NCBI GenBank assembly: GCA_036340075.1
Contig: JAYYZJ010000012.1
Span: 123,079-187,078 of the forward strand
Source: Thermodesulfobacteriota bacterium
GTDB taxonomy: Bacteria; Desulfobacterota_D; UBA1144
Direction of reading: 5' to 3'
Length of the DNA: 64,000 bases
A program made the position numbers and the translations under genes. The notes beneath the pieces were generated by a model. That model was not told the DNA's origin. It did no database searches and worked only from the letters and a program-made list of their open reading frames with translations. Below are positions 43,785 through 54,213 of the stretch, piece by piece. Position 1 is the stretch's first letter. The number at the start of each line of letters is the position of its first letter.

Positions 43785-44195
43785 ATGCAAGTAAGTAAAA
43801 CATTAGATTATGCTGTTAGGTCTTTAGTACATATTGCTGAAGGTGCAGACGTTGTGTCAACAATCAAAGGGATATCTTCCAAACAACATATCCCACAGAA
43901 TTACCTTGCAAAAATAATGAGAAAATTGGTTCAAAGAGGAATCCTTACATCTTCTCCTGGACCTGAAGGGGGATATAGTTTAAAAAGGAAAACAAATGAA
44001 ATAACCTTGAAAGATATCTATGAGGCTATCGAAGGAGATATGCAACTTGTAGATTGTATGGACAAAGGGGAGATTTGCGAACTCTTCGATGCATGTAATC
44101 AAAGAACAGTTTGGGATCATTTGCAATTAAATACACTAAATTTTTTGGCAAATATAAGTTTGAAAGATATTACAGAGAACAATTATAAAGTTTAA
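43785..44195 (+). CDS. Rrf2-family transcriptional regulator with three Cys (probable Fe-S sensor of suf)
   Basis: DYAVR, YLAKI, GPEGGYSL and C-x6-C-x5-C; extended -10 TGTTATAAT at 43763-43771. Confidence 0.9.
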   Translation: MQVSKTLDYAVRSLVHIAEGADVVSTIKGISSKQHIPQNYLAKIMRKLVQRGILTSSPGPEGGYSLKRKTNEITLKDIYEAIEGDMQLVDCMDKGEICELFDACNQRTVWDHLQLNTLNFLANISLKDITENNYKV

Positions 44196-44213
44196 TTTTA
44201 ATTAGGTGTAAAA

Positions 44214-45671
44214 ATGACAGAAGAACTAAAGATTGATAATGATAAAAGCACAAAAGAAATGCTTGAAAAGGAAGAATATAAGTATGGTTTCGTTACAGAA
44301 GTTGAGCAAGATATTCTACCTAAAGGACTTAGTGAAGAAGTAATTAAATTTATATCAAAAAAGAAAAATGAGCCAGAATGGTTATTAGATTTTAGACTAA
44401 AAGCTTACAATAGATGGCTCAAGATGAAAGATCCGGCCTGGGGAAAATTAGATATAAATCCAATAGATTTCAACAATATTAGTTATTTTGCTGGTCCTAA
44501 AAACAAACCCGAGTCTCTTGATGATGTTGATCCTGAGATATTAGAAACTTATGAAAAGCTTGGAATACCGCTTGAAGAACAAAAGATGCTCGAAGGTGTT
44601 GCAGTTGATGCAGTTTTTGATAGTGTTTCTCTTGTAACAACCTTTAAAAGCAAATTAGCAGAATTAGGAATAATCTTCTGTTCCTTTTCTGAGGCGGTAT
44701 TAGAGCACGAACAATTAGTCAAACGATATTTAGGAAGCGTTATCCCTTCAGGAGATAATTTCTACGCTGCTCTTAATGCAGCAGTTTTTACCGACGGCTC
44801 TTTCGTATATGTGCCGAAAGGTGTTAAATGTCCTATGGAATTATCAACCTATTTCAGAATCAATGCTGAAAATACAGGACAATTTGAGAGAACACTTATA
44901 ATTGCGGACCAAGGTAGCCATGTTAGTTATCTCGAAGGATGCACAGCACCGAAGAGAAGTGAAAGTCAACTACATGCTGCCTGCGTGGAGTTAATTGCTC
45001 ATGATGATGCAACTATAAAGTACTCTACGATACAAAACTGGTATCCAGGTGACAAGAATGGAAAAGGAGGAATATATAATTTTGTTACTAAAAGAGGAAA
45101 TTGTGTAGGAAAAAATTCTAGAATTTCCTGGACTCAAGTCGAAACTGGATCTGCTATAACATGGAAATATCCAAGCTGTATTTTGACCGGAGACAATTCA
45201 ATTGGCGAGTTTTATTCTGTGGCGCTTACAAACAATAGGCAGCAAGCTGACACAGGAACAAAGATGATTCATTTAGGTAAAAACACAAGAAGCACAATAG
45301 TTTCTAAGGGTATATCGGCTGGATATGGACAGAACACATATAGAGGACTTGTTGAAGTTTCTAAGAATGCAGAGAATGCAAGAAACTATACTCAATGTGA
45401 CTCTATATTAATAGGGGATAAATGTGGGGCTCATACTTTTCCCTATATAGAAATTAAAAATCCAACTGCACAACTAGAACACGAGGCTTCAACCTCGAAA
45501 GTGGGAGAAGATCAAATATTTTATTGTCAGCAAAGAGGCATGTCAGAGGAAGATGCATTGTCATTGATTGTAAATGGTTTTTGTAAGGAAGTTTTCAAAG
45601 AATTGCCTTTTGAATTTGCTGTAGAAGCAGAACGTCTTCTGAGTGTAAGCTTAGAAGGAAGCGTTGGCTAG
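44214..45671 (+). CDS. sufB: Fe-S cluster assembly protein SufB
   Basis: [19 protein letters not shown] and TWKYPS motifs. Confidence 0.97.
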   Translation: MTEELKIDNDKSTKEMLEKEEYKYGFVTEVEQDILPKGLSEEVIKFISKKKNEPEWLLDFRLKAYNRWLKMKDPAWGKLDINPIDFNNISYFAGPKNKPESLDDVDPEILETYEKLGIPLEEQKMLEGVAVDAVFDSVSLVTTFKSKLAELGIIFCSFSEAVLEHEQLVKRYLGSVIPSGDNFYAALNAAVFTDGSFVYVPKGVKCPMELSTYFRINAENTGQFERTLIIADQGSHVSYLEGCTAPKRSESQLHAACVELIAHDDATIKYSTIQNWYPGDKNGKGGIYNFVTKRGNCVGKNSRISWTQVETGSAITWKYPSCILTGDNSIGEFYSVALTNNRQQADTGTKMIHLGKNTRSTIVSKGISAGYGQNTYRGLVEVSKNAENARNYTQCDSILIGDKCGAHTFPYIEIKNPTAQLEHEASTSKVGEDQIFYCQQRGMSEEDALSLIVNGFCKEVFKELPFEFAVEAERLLSVSLEGSVG

Positions 45672-45692
45672 AATAGCTTTAAGGAGTTCCAA

Positions 45693-46433
45693 ATGTTAGA
45701 AATAGTTAATCTTCACGCTAAGATAGAAGAAAAAGATATATTAAAGGGGATCAATCTGAAAATATCTGATGGAGAAGTTCATTCCATTATGGGACCGAAT
45801 GGATCCGGGAAGAGTACTTTGGCTTCTATTCTTGCAGGAAAAGAAGATTATGAAATTACAGACGGAGATATACTTTATAATGGAGAGAGTATTTTAGATA
45901 AAGCACCTGAGGAAAGAGCACAAGAAGGACTTTTTCTTGCTTTTCAATACCCAATTGAAATACCTGGAATTACTAATGCTTATTTCTTAAGAGAGGCTCT
46001 AAATTCTATAAGAAAGGCTAGAGACGAAGTGCCTCTGAAGCCCGTTGAATTTTCTAAGCTGGCTAAAGAAAAAATGAAATTACTAGAAATGGATGAATCA
46101 TTGCTCAACAGATTCTTAAATGAGGGTTTTTCGGGAGGAGAGAAAAAAAGAAATGAAATCCTTCAGATGGCGATTCTCAATCCAAGCATTTCAATATTAG
46201 ATGAGACGGACTCTGGTCTAGATATCGACGCATTAAAAATTGTAGCTAACGGTGTGAACTCATTAAGGAACGAAGAAAGATCGTTTTTGGTTATTACTCA
46301 TTATCAGAGACTCTTAAATTATATTGTACCAGACTACGTACATGTATTAGTAGATGGAAAAATCGTTAAGTCAGGAGACAAGAGTTTAGCTTTAGAACTT
46401 GAAGACAAAGGATACTCTTGGGTAGATAAGTAG
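45693..46433 (+). CDS. sufC: Fe-S cluster assembly ATPase SufC
   Basis: [19 protein letters not shown] and [11 protein letters not shown] motifs. Confidence 0.97.
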   Translation: MLEIVNLHAKIEEKDILKGINLKISDGEVHSIMGPNGSGKSTLASILAGKEDYEITDGDILYNGESILDKAPEERAQEGLFLAFQYPIEIPGITNAYFLREALNSIRKARDEVPLKPVEFSKLAKEKMKLLEMDESLLNRFLNEGFSGGEKKRNEILQMAILNPSISILDETDSGLDIDALKIVANGVNSLRNEERSFLVITHYQRLLNYIVPDYVHVLVDGKIVKSGDKSLALELEDKGYSWVDK

Positions 46434-46435
46434 TA

Positions 46436-47743
46436 ATGAATAAATTATATGACAAATATAATAGTTACTTTGAAGATGATAATTTTAATAAAGCTGCACC
46501 AAAATGGTTTAAGACTTTTAGAGAAAAAAATTTTTCACTTTTTAAAGAAATGAATTCTCCAAAAATTACTGATGAGGATTGGAGATTCACCAACCTAAAT
46601 GATTTTTTTAATTCAGACTTTCTACCTATGAGTAACTCTGCTAATTTGAATAAGTTTGATCTACCTGAAGTATTTGATAATTTTGATGCACATTATATTT
46701 TTCTAGTTAATGGGACACTTGTGAGTAATTCCAAGTGTGAGTTTAAAATAATTAATTTGAAAGATGCAATTCTTGATGAAGAAAAAAATTTGCTAAAAAT
46801 TCTCAAAAATGAGTTTTCTTCTTCAAATAAAGATTTTTTTTACTTGCTTAATAACTCTTTCCTTGAAAATGGAATTTATGTAGAAGTTAAGGAGTCAGAT
46901 AATTTAAAAAAACCCATCGTAATAGTAAATAAGTTCGATTCAGATTCTGAAAATACATTTATAAATTCAAGAAATATCTTTTACTTTGATAAGTCGACAA
47001 GTGGAGAAATAATCGAATATTCTTTCTCAGATAACGATGAAAAATATTTTTCTAATAAAGTATCTATGTTCTACCAAGAAAAGAACTCAAACATTGAACA
47101 CCTATCTATTGAGGATGGAAGTAAGTCATCATTTATTTTCTCTAATTTAAAAATTAAGCAAGAAAGGGATTCCAATTTTACTACTAATTCTATATTGATT
47201 GGAGGCAAGCTTATAAGAAATAATGTTCACCCTCTTTTGGACGGTGAAGGTTCTTATTCTTCTGTCTTAGGTCTGTATCTTTCTCAAGAAGAACAATTAA
47301 TGGATAATTACATGTTTGTTGAACATGCTAAACCGAATTGTGGAAGCAGACAATTATATAAAGGTCTTCTAAAAGATGAATCTAGGGGAGTTTTCCATGG
47401 AAGAATCCTTGTGCACAAAGAAGCTCAAAAAACAGATGCAAAACAAACGAATAGAAATTTATTACTGTCAGACTCTGCTCAAGTAGATACAAAACCTCAA
47501 CTAGAAATCTATGCCGATGATGTTAAATGTACTCATGGTGCGACAACAGGCCAATTGAACAAAGATGCAATACATTATTTAAGAGCTAGAGGGATAGATG
47601 AAGATAAAGCGATAGCAATGCTTATAAGAGCGTTTACTGATGAGGTAGTAGAAGAACTAAAGAGTTCAAAGCTAATTAATTTCCACCAAGAAATTGTAAA
47701 AAATTGGTTTGTTAGAGCTAAAATGGTTAGTGAACACAACTAA
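46436..47743 (+). CDS. sufD: Fe-S cluster assembly protein SufD
   Basis: EDWRFT and PQLEIYADDVKCTHGAT motifs. Confidence 0.95.
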   Translation: MNKLYDKYNSYFEDDNFNKAAPKWFKTFREKNFSLFKEMNSPKITDEDWRFTNLNDFFNSDFLPMSNSANLNKFDLPEVFDNFDAHYIFLVNGTLVSNSKCEFKIINLKDAILDEEKNLLKILKNEFSSSNKDFFYLLNNSFLENGIYVEVKESDNLKKPIVIVNKFDSDSENTFINSRNIFYFDKSTSGEIIEYSFSDNDEKYFSNKVSMFYQEKNSNIEHLSIEDGSKSSFIFSNLKIKQERDSNFTTNSILIGGKLIRNNVHPLLDGEGSYSSVLGLYLSQEEQLMDNYMFVEHAKPNCGSRQLYKGLLKDESRGVFHGRILVHKEAQKTDAKQTNRNLLLSDSAQVDTKPQLEIYADDVKCTHGATTGQLNKDAIHYLRARGIDEDKAIAMLIRAFTDEVVEELKSSKLINFHQEIVKNWFVRAKMVSEHN

Positions 47744-47900
47744 TTTAATTTAATCTTTATTAACAGTATTAATAAACGTAGCAAACTTAAAAAATTAATT
47801 TTAAAACAACAAAACAAACATAAATTACAAAATAAACATTAAAACTTTTAAATTAAAAAGAAATAATTAAAATTTTTCTTAAAATTTACGAAATAAGTTC

Positions 47901-47929
47901 TTGACAATTATTTTTAAACATCTTAAAGT
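47901..47929 (+). promoter_or_regulatory. Near-consensus sigma70 promoter of the histone-like gene, with A-tract-rich upstream DNA
   Basis: TTGACA(47901)-17 bp-TAAAGT(47924); GGGAGG SD before the ATG at 47982. Confidence 0.7.
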
Positions 47930-47981
47930 AGAAAAAAATGCAATAATTTCATTTTTTTAATTTAAAGGGAGGTTTAAATAT

Positions 47982-48464
47982 ATGGCAGTTGCTAAAAAAA
48001 GAAAACCCGCAGCCAAAAAAGCTGCTAAAAGAAAGCCAGCAAGAAAAGCTGTTAAAAGAAAAACTGTAGCTAAAAGAAAAACTACAGCAAGAAAAACAAC
48101 AGCTAAAAGAAAGCCGGCTAAAAAAGCTGTTAAAAGAAAAACAACAGCTAAAAGAAAGCCAGCTAAAAAAGCTGTTAAAAGAAAAACAACAGCTAAAAGA
48201 AAGCCAGCTAGAAAAGCTGTTAAAAGAAAAACAACAGCTAAAAGAAAGCCAGCTAAAAGAAAAACTGCAGCTAAAAGAAAGCCAGCTAGAAAAGCTGTTA
48301 AAAGAAAAACAACAGCTAAAAGAAAGCCAGCTAAAAGAAAGCCTGCAGCAAGAAAAGCTGTTAAAAGAAAAACAACAGCTAAAAGAAAGCCTGCAGCAAG
48401 AAAAGCTGTTAAAAGAAAAACAACAGCTAGAAGAAAACCTGCAGCTAAAAGAAGAAGAAGATAG
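47982..48464 (+). CDS. Histone H1-like Lys/Arg/Ala-rich repeat protein (Hc2/BpH1-like)
   Basis: 160 aa using only M, A, V, K, R, P, T; has its own promoter, SD and 3' hairpin. Confidence 0.85.
   Translation: MAVAKKRKPAAKKAAKRKPARKAVKRKTVAKRKTTARKTTAKRKPAKKAVKRKTTAKRKPAKKAVKRKTTAKRKPARKAVKRKTTAKRKPAKRKTAAKRKPARKAVKRKTTAKRKPAKRKPAARKAVKRKTTAKRKPAARKAVKRKTTARRKPAAKRRRR
48045..48450 (+). repeat. Coding tandem repeat, basic unit 45 bp (KAVKRKTTAKRKPAK/R)
   Basis: GCTGTTAAAAGAAAAAC occurs at 48048, 48126, 48171, 48216, 48294, 48357 and 48405. Confidence 0.9.
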
Positions 48465-48479
48465 TTTTGAAATGGATCC

Positions 48480-48507
48480 GGGTGTTATCTTAGCTGAGAT
48501 AGCACCC
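48480..48507 (+). terminator. GC-rich hairpin between the convergent histone-like gene and rho
   Basis: GGGTGTTATCTT-AGCT-GAGATAGCACCC forms 12 bp with 2 G-U pairs on the + strand; no U-tract. Confidence 0.55.
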
Positions 48508-48517
48508 TAATCTGGAT

Positions 48518-49840
48518 TTAGCTATTCATAGCATCTAGAAATTCTTTATTGCTTTTCGAACCTTTAATCTTATCAAGTAGGAATTCCATTGATTCGTTAG
48601 GACTCATTGGATTTAAAACCTTTCTAAGAAGCCAGATTCTTGTTAAATCCGCTTCGTTAATTAAAAGTTCTTCTTTTCTTGTACCTGATTTTTGTAAATC
48701 AATTGCTGGGTATATTCTTTTTTCTGCTAATCTTCGGTCTAGATAAATTTCCATATTTCCAGTTCCTTTAAATTCTTCAAAAATTACTTCATCCATACGA
48801 CTGCCTGTATCAATTAATGCTGTTGCAACTATTGTTAAACTTCCACCTTCTTCTGTGTTCCTTGCAGCACCAAAAAATCTCTTAGGTCTTTGAAGAGCAT
48901 TTGCTTCCATTCCTCCAGTTAATACTCGACCGCTCGCTGGAGTTACTGTATTACTAGCTCTTGCTAGTCTTGTTATGCTATCAAGCAGGATAACGACATC
49001 TTTACCATGCTCAACTAAACGTTTTGCTTTTTCAAGAACCATATCAGCAACTTGTACATGTCTTTGCGCTGGTTCATCAAAGGTTGAGCTTACAACTTCA
49101 CCACGCACAGATCTTTCCATATCCGTAACCTCTTCAGGTCTTTCATCAATCAACAAAACGAATAAACATACTTCCGGATTGTTATCAGTAATTGCTTTAG
49201 CAATTTTCTGAAGAAGAACTGTTTTCCCTGTCCTAGGTGGAGCAACTAATAACGCTCTCTGACCTTTTCCTATCGGTACGAACATATCAATTACTCTAGT
49301 TGAATATTCTTCTGCTTCGCTTTCCATATCTAACCTTGAGTTAGGATGAAGTGGGACTCTATTTGAAAAACTAATTCTCTCTCTGCAATAATCAGGATCA
49401 CCAAAATTAACAGATTCAATCTTGAGCAGAGCAAGATTTTTTTCTCCTTCCCTAGGCAGTCTTACATATCCACCAATGGTATCTCCAGATTTAAGATTAA
49501 ATGATCTAACTTGTGATTTCGAAACATAAATATCATCTGGACCAGGCAAATAGCTATATTTAGGAGATCTAAGAAATCCGTATCCTTCAGACAATATTTC
49601 AAGAACACCTTCTGCATATATCTCTCCTTGATTGTCCGCTTGAGATTTTAATATTGCATAAATCATATCTTGCCTAGACATTCTTCCAGCATCTTCAATA
49701 TTTATTGATATGGCCATTTTTTGAAGCTCAGCAGGTTTAATTTCACGAAGTTCATTTAAATTCATTAAATCAAGACCAGGAGGCTTAACTTTTTCTTTTT
49801 CTTCAATTTCAGTTTTCTTAGAACTTGCCTTTTTGTTCAT
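48518..49840 (-). CDS. rho: Transcription termination factor Rho
   Basis: [21 protein letters not shown] and [10 protein letters not shown] motifs. Confidence 0.98.
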   Translation of the reverse strand: MNKKASSKKTEIEEKEKVKPPGLDLMNLNELREIKPAELQKMAISINIEDAGRMSRQDMIYAILKSQADNQGEIYAEGVLEILSEGYGFLRSPKYSYLPGPDDIYVSKSQVRSFNLKSGDTIGGYVRLPREGEKNLALLKIESVNFGDPDYCRERISFSNRVPLHPNSRLDMESEAEEYSTRVIDMFVPIGKGQRALLVAPPRTGKTVLLQKIAKAITDNNPEVCLFVLLIDERPEEVTDMERSVRGEVVSSTFDEPAQRHVQVADMVLEKAKRLVEHGKDVVILLDSITRLARASNTVTPASGRVLTGGMEANALQRPKRFFGAARNTEEGGSLTIVATALIDTGSRMDEVIFEEFKGTGNMEIYLDRRLAEKRIYPAIDLQKSGTRKEELLINEADLTRIWLLRKVLNPMSPNESMEFLLDKIKGSKSNKEFLDAMNS

Positions 49841-49981
49841 GTTTTTCCTTGGAATATAATAATTTGGGTTTACTACAATAAAAGCTTGTAATATGTAATA
49901 TATAATTCTTTATTCGACAAAAGTCAATAACTTATTGTCTTAGATTGATGTTTTAGATAAAATCTAATTAAGGGAGTTTTT

Positions 49982-50728
49982 ATGTCCGGACATTCCAAAT
50001 GGCATTCAATTAAACACAAAAAAGCTGCAACTGATGCAAAAAGAGGAAAGATTTTCACTAAATTAATAAGAGAAATCACTATTGCCGCACGTGATGGTGG
50101 AGGGGATCCTGATACAAATCCTAGGCTAAGATTGGTCTTAACCAATGCTAAAAGTGAAAATATGCCAAAAGATACTATTGAAAGAGCAATCAAGAAAGGT
50201 ACTGGAGAATTAGAAAGTGAAACACTTTTTGAGACTACCTACGAAGGCTATGGCCCGGGAGGAGTAGCAGTTCTCGTAGAGGTTTTAACAGATAATAAAA
50301 ACAGAACAGTTTCTGAAATTAGAAGAGCTTTTACAAAGTTTGGAGGAAATCTAGGAGAATCCGGATGTGTATCTTGGATTTTTGAAAAGAAAGGAAGGAT
50401 AGAGATATCTATGGATCCAACTGAGGAGGAAAACCTCATTGATACTGCACTAGATTTAGGAGCAGAAGATGTATTAAATGAAGAAGATTTTTTTTCTGTT
50501 TTAACCGTATTAGATGATTTTGAAAATATTAAAAAAGGATTAGAATTAAAAGGATTCAATATTTCTAACTCTGAAATTTCTATGATACCAAGTAGTTCAG
50601 TAAAAATTGAGGGCAAGCCAGCAGAACATATGTTAAAAATGCTTGAGACGTTAGAGGATTGTGACGATATACAAAATGTGTATTCGAATTTTGATATAGA
50701 CGATTCTGTGATTAAGGCATTTGCTTAA
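49982..50728 (+). CDS. yebC: YebC/PmpR (TACO1) family protein
   Basis: [22 protein letters not shown] and DDIQNVYSN motifs. Confidence 0.96.
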   Translation: MSGHSKWHSIKHKKAATDAKRGKIFTKLIREITIAARDGGGDPDTNPRLRLVLTNAKSENMPKDTIERAIKKGTGELESETLFETTYEGYGPGGVAVLVEVLTDNKNRTVSEIRRAFTKFGGNLGESGCVSWIFEKKGRIEISMDPTEEENLIDTALDLGAEDVLNEEDFFSVLTVLDDFENIKKGLELKGFNISNSEISMIPSSSVKIEGKPAEHMLKMLETLEDCDDIQNVYSNFDIDDSVIKAFA

Positions 50729-51078
50729 TTACTAATCCATTTGATTAGCCATTTTTCAAAATCCGGATAGAATTCAATCTTAGTTTTTTTCTCCTTATCT
50801 TGAGTGCTGTAAAACATTATCATTCCATATTTTTTTGATACCGAAGATATATCTCTCTTTTTCTCAGCATTTGATATATAGCCTCTTTTACATTGGATTC
50901 CAAACCAAATTCTAGCTTTTGTCTTTTTGTTGTATATCCCAAAGACAATATCAGCAGAACCTTTACTACCTCGGCTTTCTATAGAATAAAATTTTAATTC
51001 TTTATATTTTGATAATATTTCCTGCACATGAGCATTTGTTTTTTTTTCAAAAAGATAACCTTTTCTATATTGTGACAT
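50725..51078 (-). CDS. Hjc-like PD-(D/E)xK nuclease (putative Holliday junction resolvase)
   Basis: YRKG..FE, SRGSKG-AD and IQCK parallel the archaeal Hjc motifs. Confidence 0.7.
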   Translation of the reverse strand: MSQYRKGYLFEKKTNAHVQEILSKYKELKFYSIESRGSKGSADIVFGIYNKKTKARIWFGIQCKRGYISNAEKKRDISSVSKKYGMIMFYSTQDKEKKTKIEFYPDFEKWLIKWISN

Positions 51079-51180
51079 GATTACAGTTACATTATCCTCG
51101 AATGATAAATTATCAAATCTTTAATCAAAATAAAATAATTTGTATATACTATCCTTATAATATAATTGTTTTGATCTACT

Positions 51181-51786
51181 ATGGAAATTATTTTAGTTCG
51201 ACATTGTGAAACTGATTGGAATAAGGAAAATAGATGCCAAGGTATCTCAGACCTTAGTTTAAATCAAGCTGGGCTGAAACAGGCTGAAAATCTAAGATCC
51301 TATTTTAACAATTTAGATATTGATTTAATCTTTTCTAGCACCCTTAAAAGAGCTATTGAAACAGCCAATGTAATTAATTCAGACAAAAAGATACCTATTG
51401 AGTTGATTGATGAATTAAGAGAGATGGACCAAGGTGATTTTGAAGGAATACCATTTCATACACTAAGAGAAAAGTATCCAGTAGAATTAAACGAGTGGAG
51501 GAAGAATCCTGAAAAATTTCGAATTCCTAATGGCGAAACATTAGGAGAAGTTAAGAATAGAATGATTAAGTTTATGAAAAATATAGTCGAGACACATAGA
51601 GAAGATAAGACAATTATTATAGTAAGTCATAATCTTGCATTGTCATCTTTGTTATGTTCAATTTCTGAAAAAAATCTTGTCAATTTTACAGAATTTACTG
51701 TTGAATCAGGTTCTATATCAACAATTGATTATTCAAATAAAATATTTTCGTTAAAAACTATGGATTACACCAAGCATTTGGAATAA
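51181..51786 (+). CDS. Histidine phosphatase family protein (CobC/GpmB-like)
   Basis: LVRHCET, SSTLKRAIETA, LREMDQG, GET and VSH motifs. Confidence 0.9.
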   Translation: MEIILVRHCETDWNKENRCQGISDLSLNQAGLKQAENLRSYFNNLDIDLIFSSTLKRAIETANVINSDKKIPIELIDELREMDQGDFEGIPFHTLREKYPVELNEWRKNPEKFRIPNGETLGEVKNRMIKFMKNIVETHREDKTIIIVSHNLALSSLLCSISEKNLVNFTEFTVESGSISTIDYSNKIFSLKTMDYTKHLE

Positions 51787-51788
51787 TT

Positions 51789-53426
51789 ATGTTACAAGAA
51801 GCAATTTTAAATAAAATAAAAGGCTACTTAGTTGATTACGAAGAGTTCTCTAAACTTGATTTCTCAAAATTAATATTAACTATTCCTAAAAATTCAAACC
51901 ATGGAGATTTCTCTACAAATTTTGCTTTGGTTGTATCTTCAGAGCTAAAGACAGACTCTAAGGAGCTTGCAGAAAAAATTGCTAATATATTGTTAGACAA
52001 GAATGATTCAACCTTCAACTCAATCAATGTAATTGCTCCCGGTTTCATTAATTTTAATATTTCTTTGGAAACATATTATTATTATCTTAAAGAGATTAAT
52101 CTATCTGGTAAGAATTATGGTTCTACTGAAAAAAGAAATGAGAAAGTTCTTATAGAATTTGTATCAGCAAATCCAACCGGATATTTACACCTAGGACATC
52201 TCAGAAATGCTGCTGTTGGAGATTCTGTAGCACGAATACTTTCCTTCTCTGGGTATGATGTAACTAAAGAATACTATTTGAATGATTATGGGACACAAAT
52301 TAATCTTCTAGGAGAATCTTTACAGGCAAGGGTTTTTAATTTGTTAGAAATAAAGCAAGAACTGCCCGAAGGAGGCTATAAAGGAGAATATTTAATTGAT
52401 TTAGCCAAGATTCTTTTATCAGAAAAAGATGAGAAGTTTTTGTTGAATGCAGATATAGAATTCTTTTCTGACTTTGCAAAGGAGTACTTAATTGAAGAGA
52501 TAATTAGAGATTTAGAAACTTTGAACATATCTTTTGATTCTTGGTTCTCAGAGAAAAAAGATATCCATGAATCTAAGTATCTTGAAGAAACAAAAAAAAT
52601 ATTAAACGACCATAATAGCTTGTATTTGAATGATAATGCTGAATGGATTAAAACATCTGAGTTTGGCGACGATAAAGACTGGGTAGTAAAAAAATCTGAT
52701 GGAACTTCTACTTATTTTATGAACGATATAGCTTATCATCAAAGAAAGTATAATAGAGATTATGATTTATTGATTAATGTATGGGGAGCAGATCATCATA
52801 GTCATATCTCAAGACTCAGGGCAGCTATGGATATACTATCAAACGATTCTACCAGGCTAGTCTTTATATTGATTCAGTTTGTAAGATTAATAAAGGACAA
52901 CAAAGATATTTCTATGTCAAAGAGATCTGGCACCTATACAACTATAAAGGATCTCCTTAGTGAATTTGATAAAGATTTAGTTAGGTTTCTAATGATAAGC
53001 CGGAGTTCTGATAGTCATTTTGATTTTGATTTAGATAAATGTAGAAGCGATTCAGAAGAAAACCCAGTATTTTATATACAGTATGCAAATGCGAGAATTA
53101 ATAGCATAATGGAGAAAAGTCAGCTAAAAAAAATAGACTTTGATAATTTACATTTATTAAGCGAGGAAAAAGAGATAATTCTTATTAAGAAATTATTACA
53201 TTTCCCAGAAGTTGTTAAAGAGGCCGCAACTAATTATGCTCCTCATAAAATTGCTTTTTATCTCCAAGACTTATCATCAGAATTTCATCATTATTACAAA
53301 TCAACCAAAGTTTTAGTAGAAGACAAAGAAACATTAAACAGCAGATTAGCATTGTTATCTCTAATCAAAATAGTTTTGGTTAATGGACTAAATTTGCTAG
53401 GTGTTTCTTCACCAGATAAAATGTGA
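51789..53426 (+). CDS. argS: Arginine-tRNA ligase
   Basis: EFVSANPTGYLHLGH, WGADH, MSKRSG and YIQYANARI motifs. Confidence 0.97.
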   Translation: MLQEAILNKIKGYLVDYEEFSKLDFSKLILTIPKNSNHGDFSTNFALVVSSELKTDSKELAEKIANILLDKNDSTFNSINVIAPGFINFNISLETYYYYLKEINLSGKNYGSTEKRNEKVLIEFVSANPTGYLHLGHLRNAAVGDSVARILSFSGYDVTKEYYLNDYGTQINLLGESLQARVFNLLEIKQELPEGGYKGEYLIDLAKILLSEKDEKFLLNADIEFFSDFAKEYLIEEIIRDLETLNISFDSWFSEKKDIHESKYLEETKKILNDHNSLYLNDNAEWIKTSEFGDDKDWVVKKSDGTSTYFMNDIAYHQRKYNRDYDLLINVWGADHHSHISRLRAAMDILSNDSTRLVFILIQFVRLIKDNKDISMSKRSGTYTTIKDLLSEFDKDLVRFLMISRSSDSHFDFDLDKCRSDSEENPVFYIQYANARINSIMEKSQLKKIDFDNLHLLSEEKEIILIKKLLHFPEVVKEAATNYAPHKIAFYLQDLSSEFHHYYKSTKVLVEDKETLNSRLALLSLIKIVLVNGLNLLGVSSPDKM

Positions 53427-53433
53427 TTATCTT

Positions 53434-54210
53434 ATGTTTGATTTATATTTAGTTGAGCCACATTATATTTTATTATCTATACTTTTATTACTTCTTCTTT
53501 ATAAGATTCTGGCTAGTTTCGTGATTACTAATGATACAAAGAATTTTGATTCTATTGTTGTGAGTTCTACTAAAAATCCAGAAGGCTATAAAGACAAAAC
53601 CATGATTTCTAATTCTTTCAAAGAATGGTGGTCATTTGCAATATCTCCCATAGAAGAAATGTTGATTAAATCAGAAGTTAACCCAAACTTTTTAACTTTA
53701 ATATCTTTTGTGGTTTCAATTTTCACCGCTTATCTTTATGCAAATGGATTAATATTCTTTGCATCTATATTTATTCTCGCAGGGTCAAGTTTTGATATTT
53801 TAGATGGAAGAATAGCAAGGGCAACAAACAAAGTTTCCACAAAAGGTGCTTTCTTAGATAGTTGTCTAGATCGCTTTTCCGAAATAACAATTATGTTTGG
53901 CTTGCTAATTTACTACTTTCCTACGTATTTCTCTTTTGTTATTTTCTTAACAGTATGCTTTAGCCTTTTAGTAAGTTATATAAAAGCAGTGGCAATCAAT
54001 ATGAATTTAGATTCCAATATTGGTATCATGCAAAGACCAGAAAGAGTTGTTTATCTGGGTATAGGAGGGATAATCAGCAGTGTCTTAGATTACTATGGTA
54101 TAAATCTTTTTGATATTAATCATTTTATACTTCTTGCTTCAATTTCGATAATCCTTATTTTTTCAATAATCAGCTCAGTGCAGCGTATGTGGAAAAGTCT
54201 AAAAAGTTAA
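53434..54210 (+). CDS. CDP-alcohol phosphatidyltransferase, PIP-synthase-like
   Basis: PNFLT, DILDGRIAR..GAFLDSCLDR and SYIKA..GIMQRPER motifs; ATG at 53434 preferred over GTG at 53401. Confidence 0.85.
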   Translation: MFDLYLVEPHYILLSILLLLLLYKILASFVITNDTKNFDSIVVSSTKNPEGYKDKTMISNSFKEWWSFAISPIEEMLIKSEVNPNFLTLISFVVSIFTAYLYANGLIFFASIFILAGSSFDILDGRIARATNKVSTKGAFLDSCLDRFSEITIMFGLLIYYFPTYFSFVIFLTVCFSLLVSYIKAVAINMNLDSNIGIMQRPERVVYLGIGGIISSVLDYYGINLFDINHFILLASISIILIFSIISSVQRMWKSLKS

Positions 54211-54213
54211 GAA

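Noticed and set aside
48045..48450. Repeats as a CRISPR array or non-coding VNTR
   Set aside because: There are no unique spacers and no cas genes; all repeat intervals are multiples of 3 within an ORF that has a promoter and SD.
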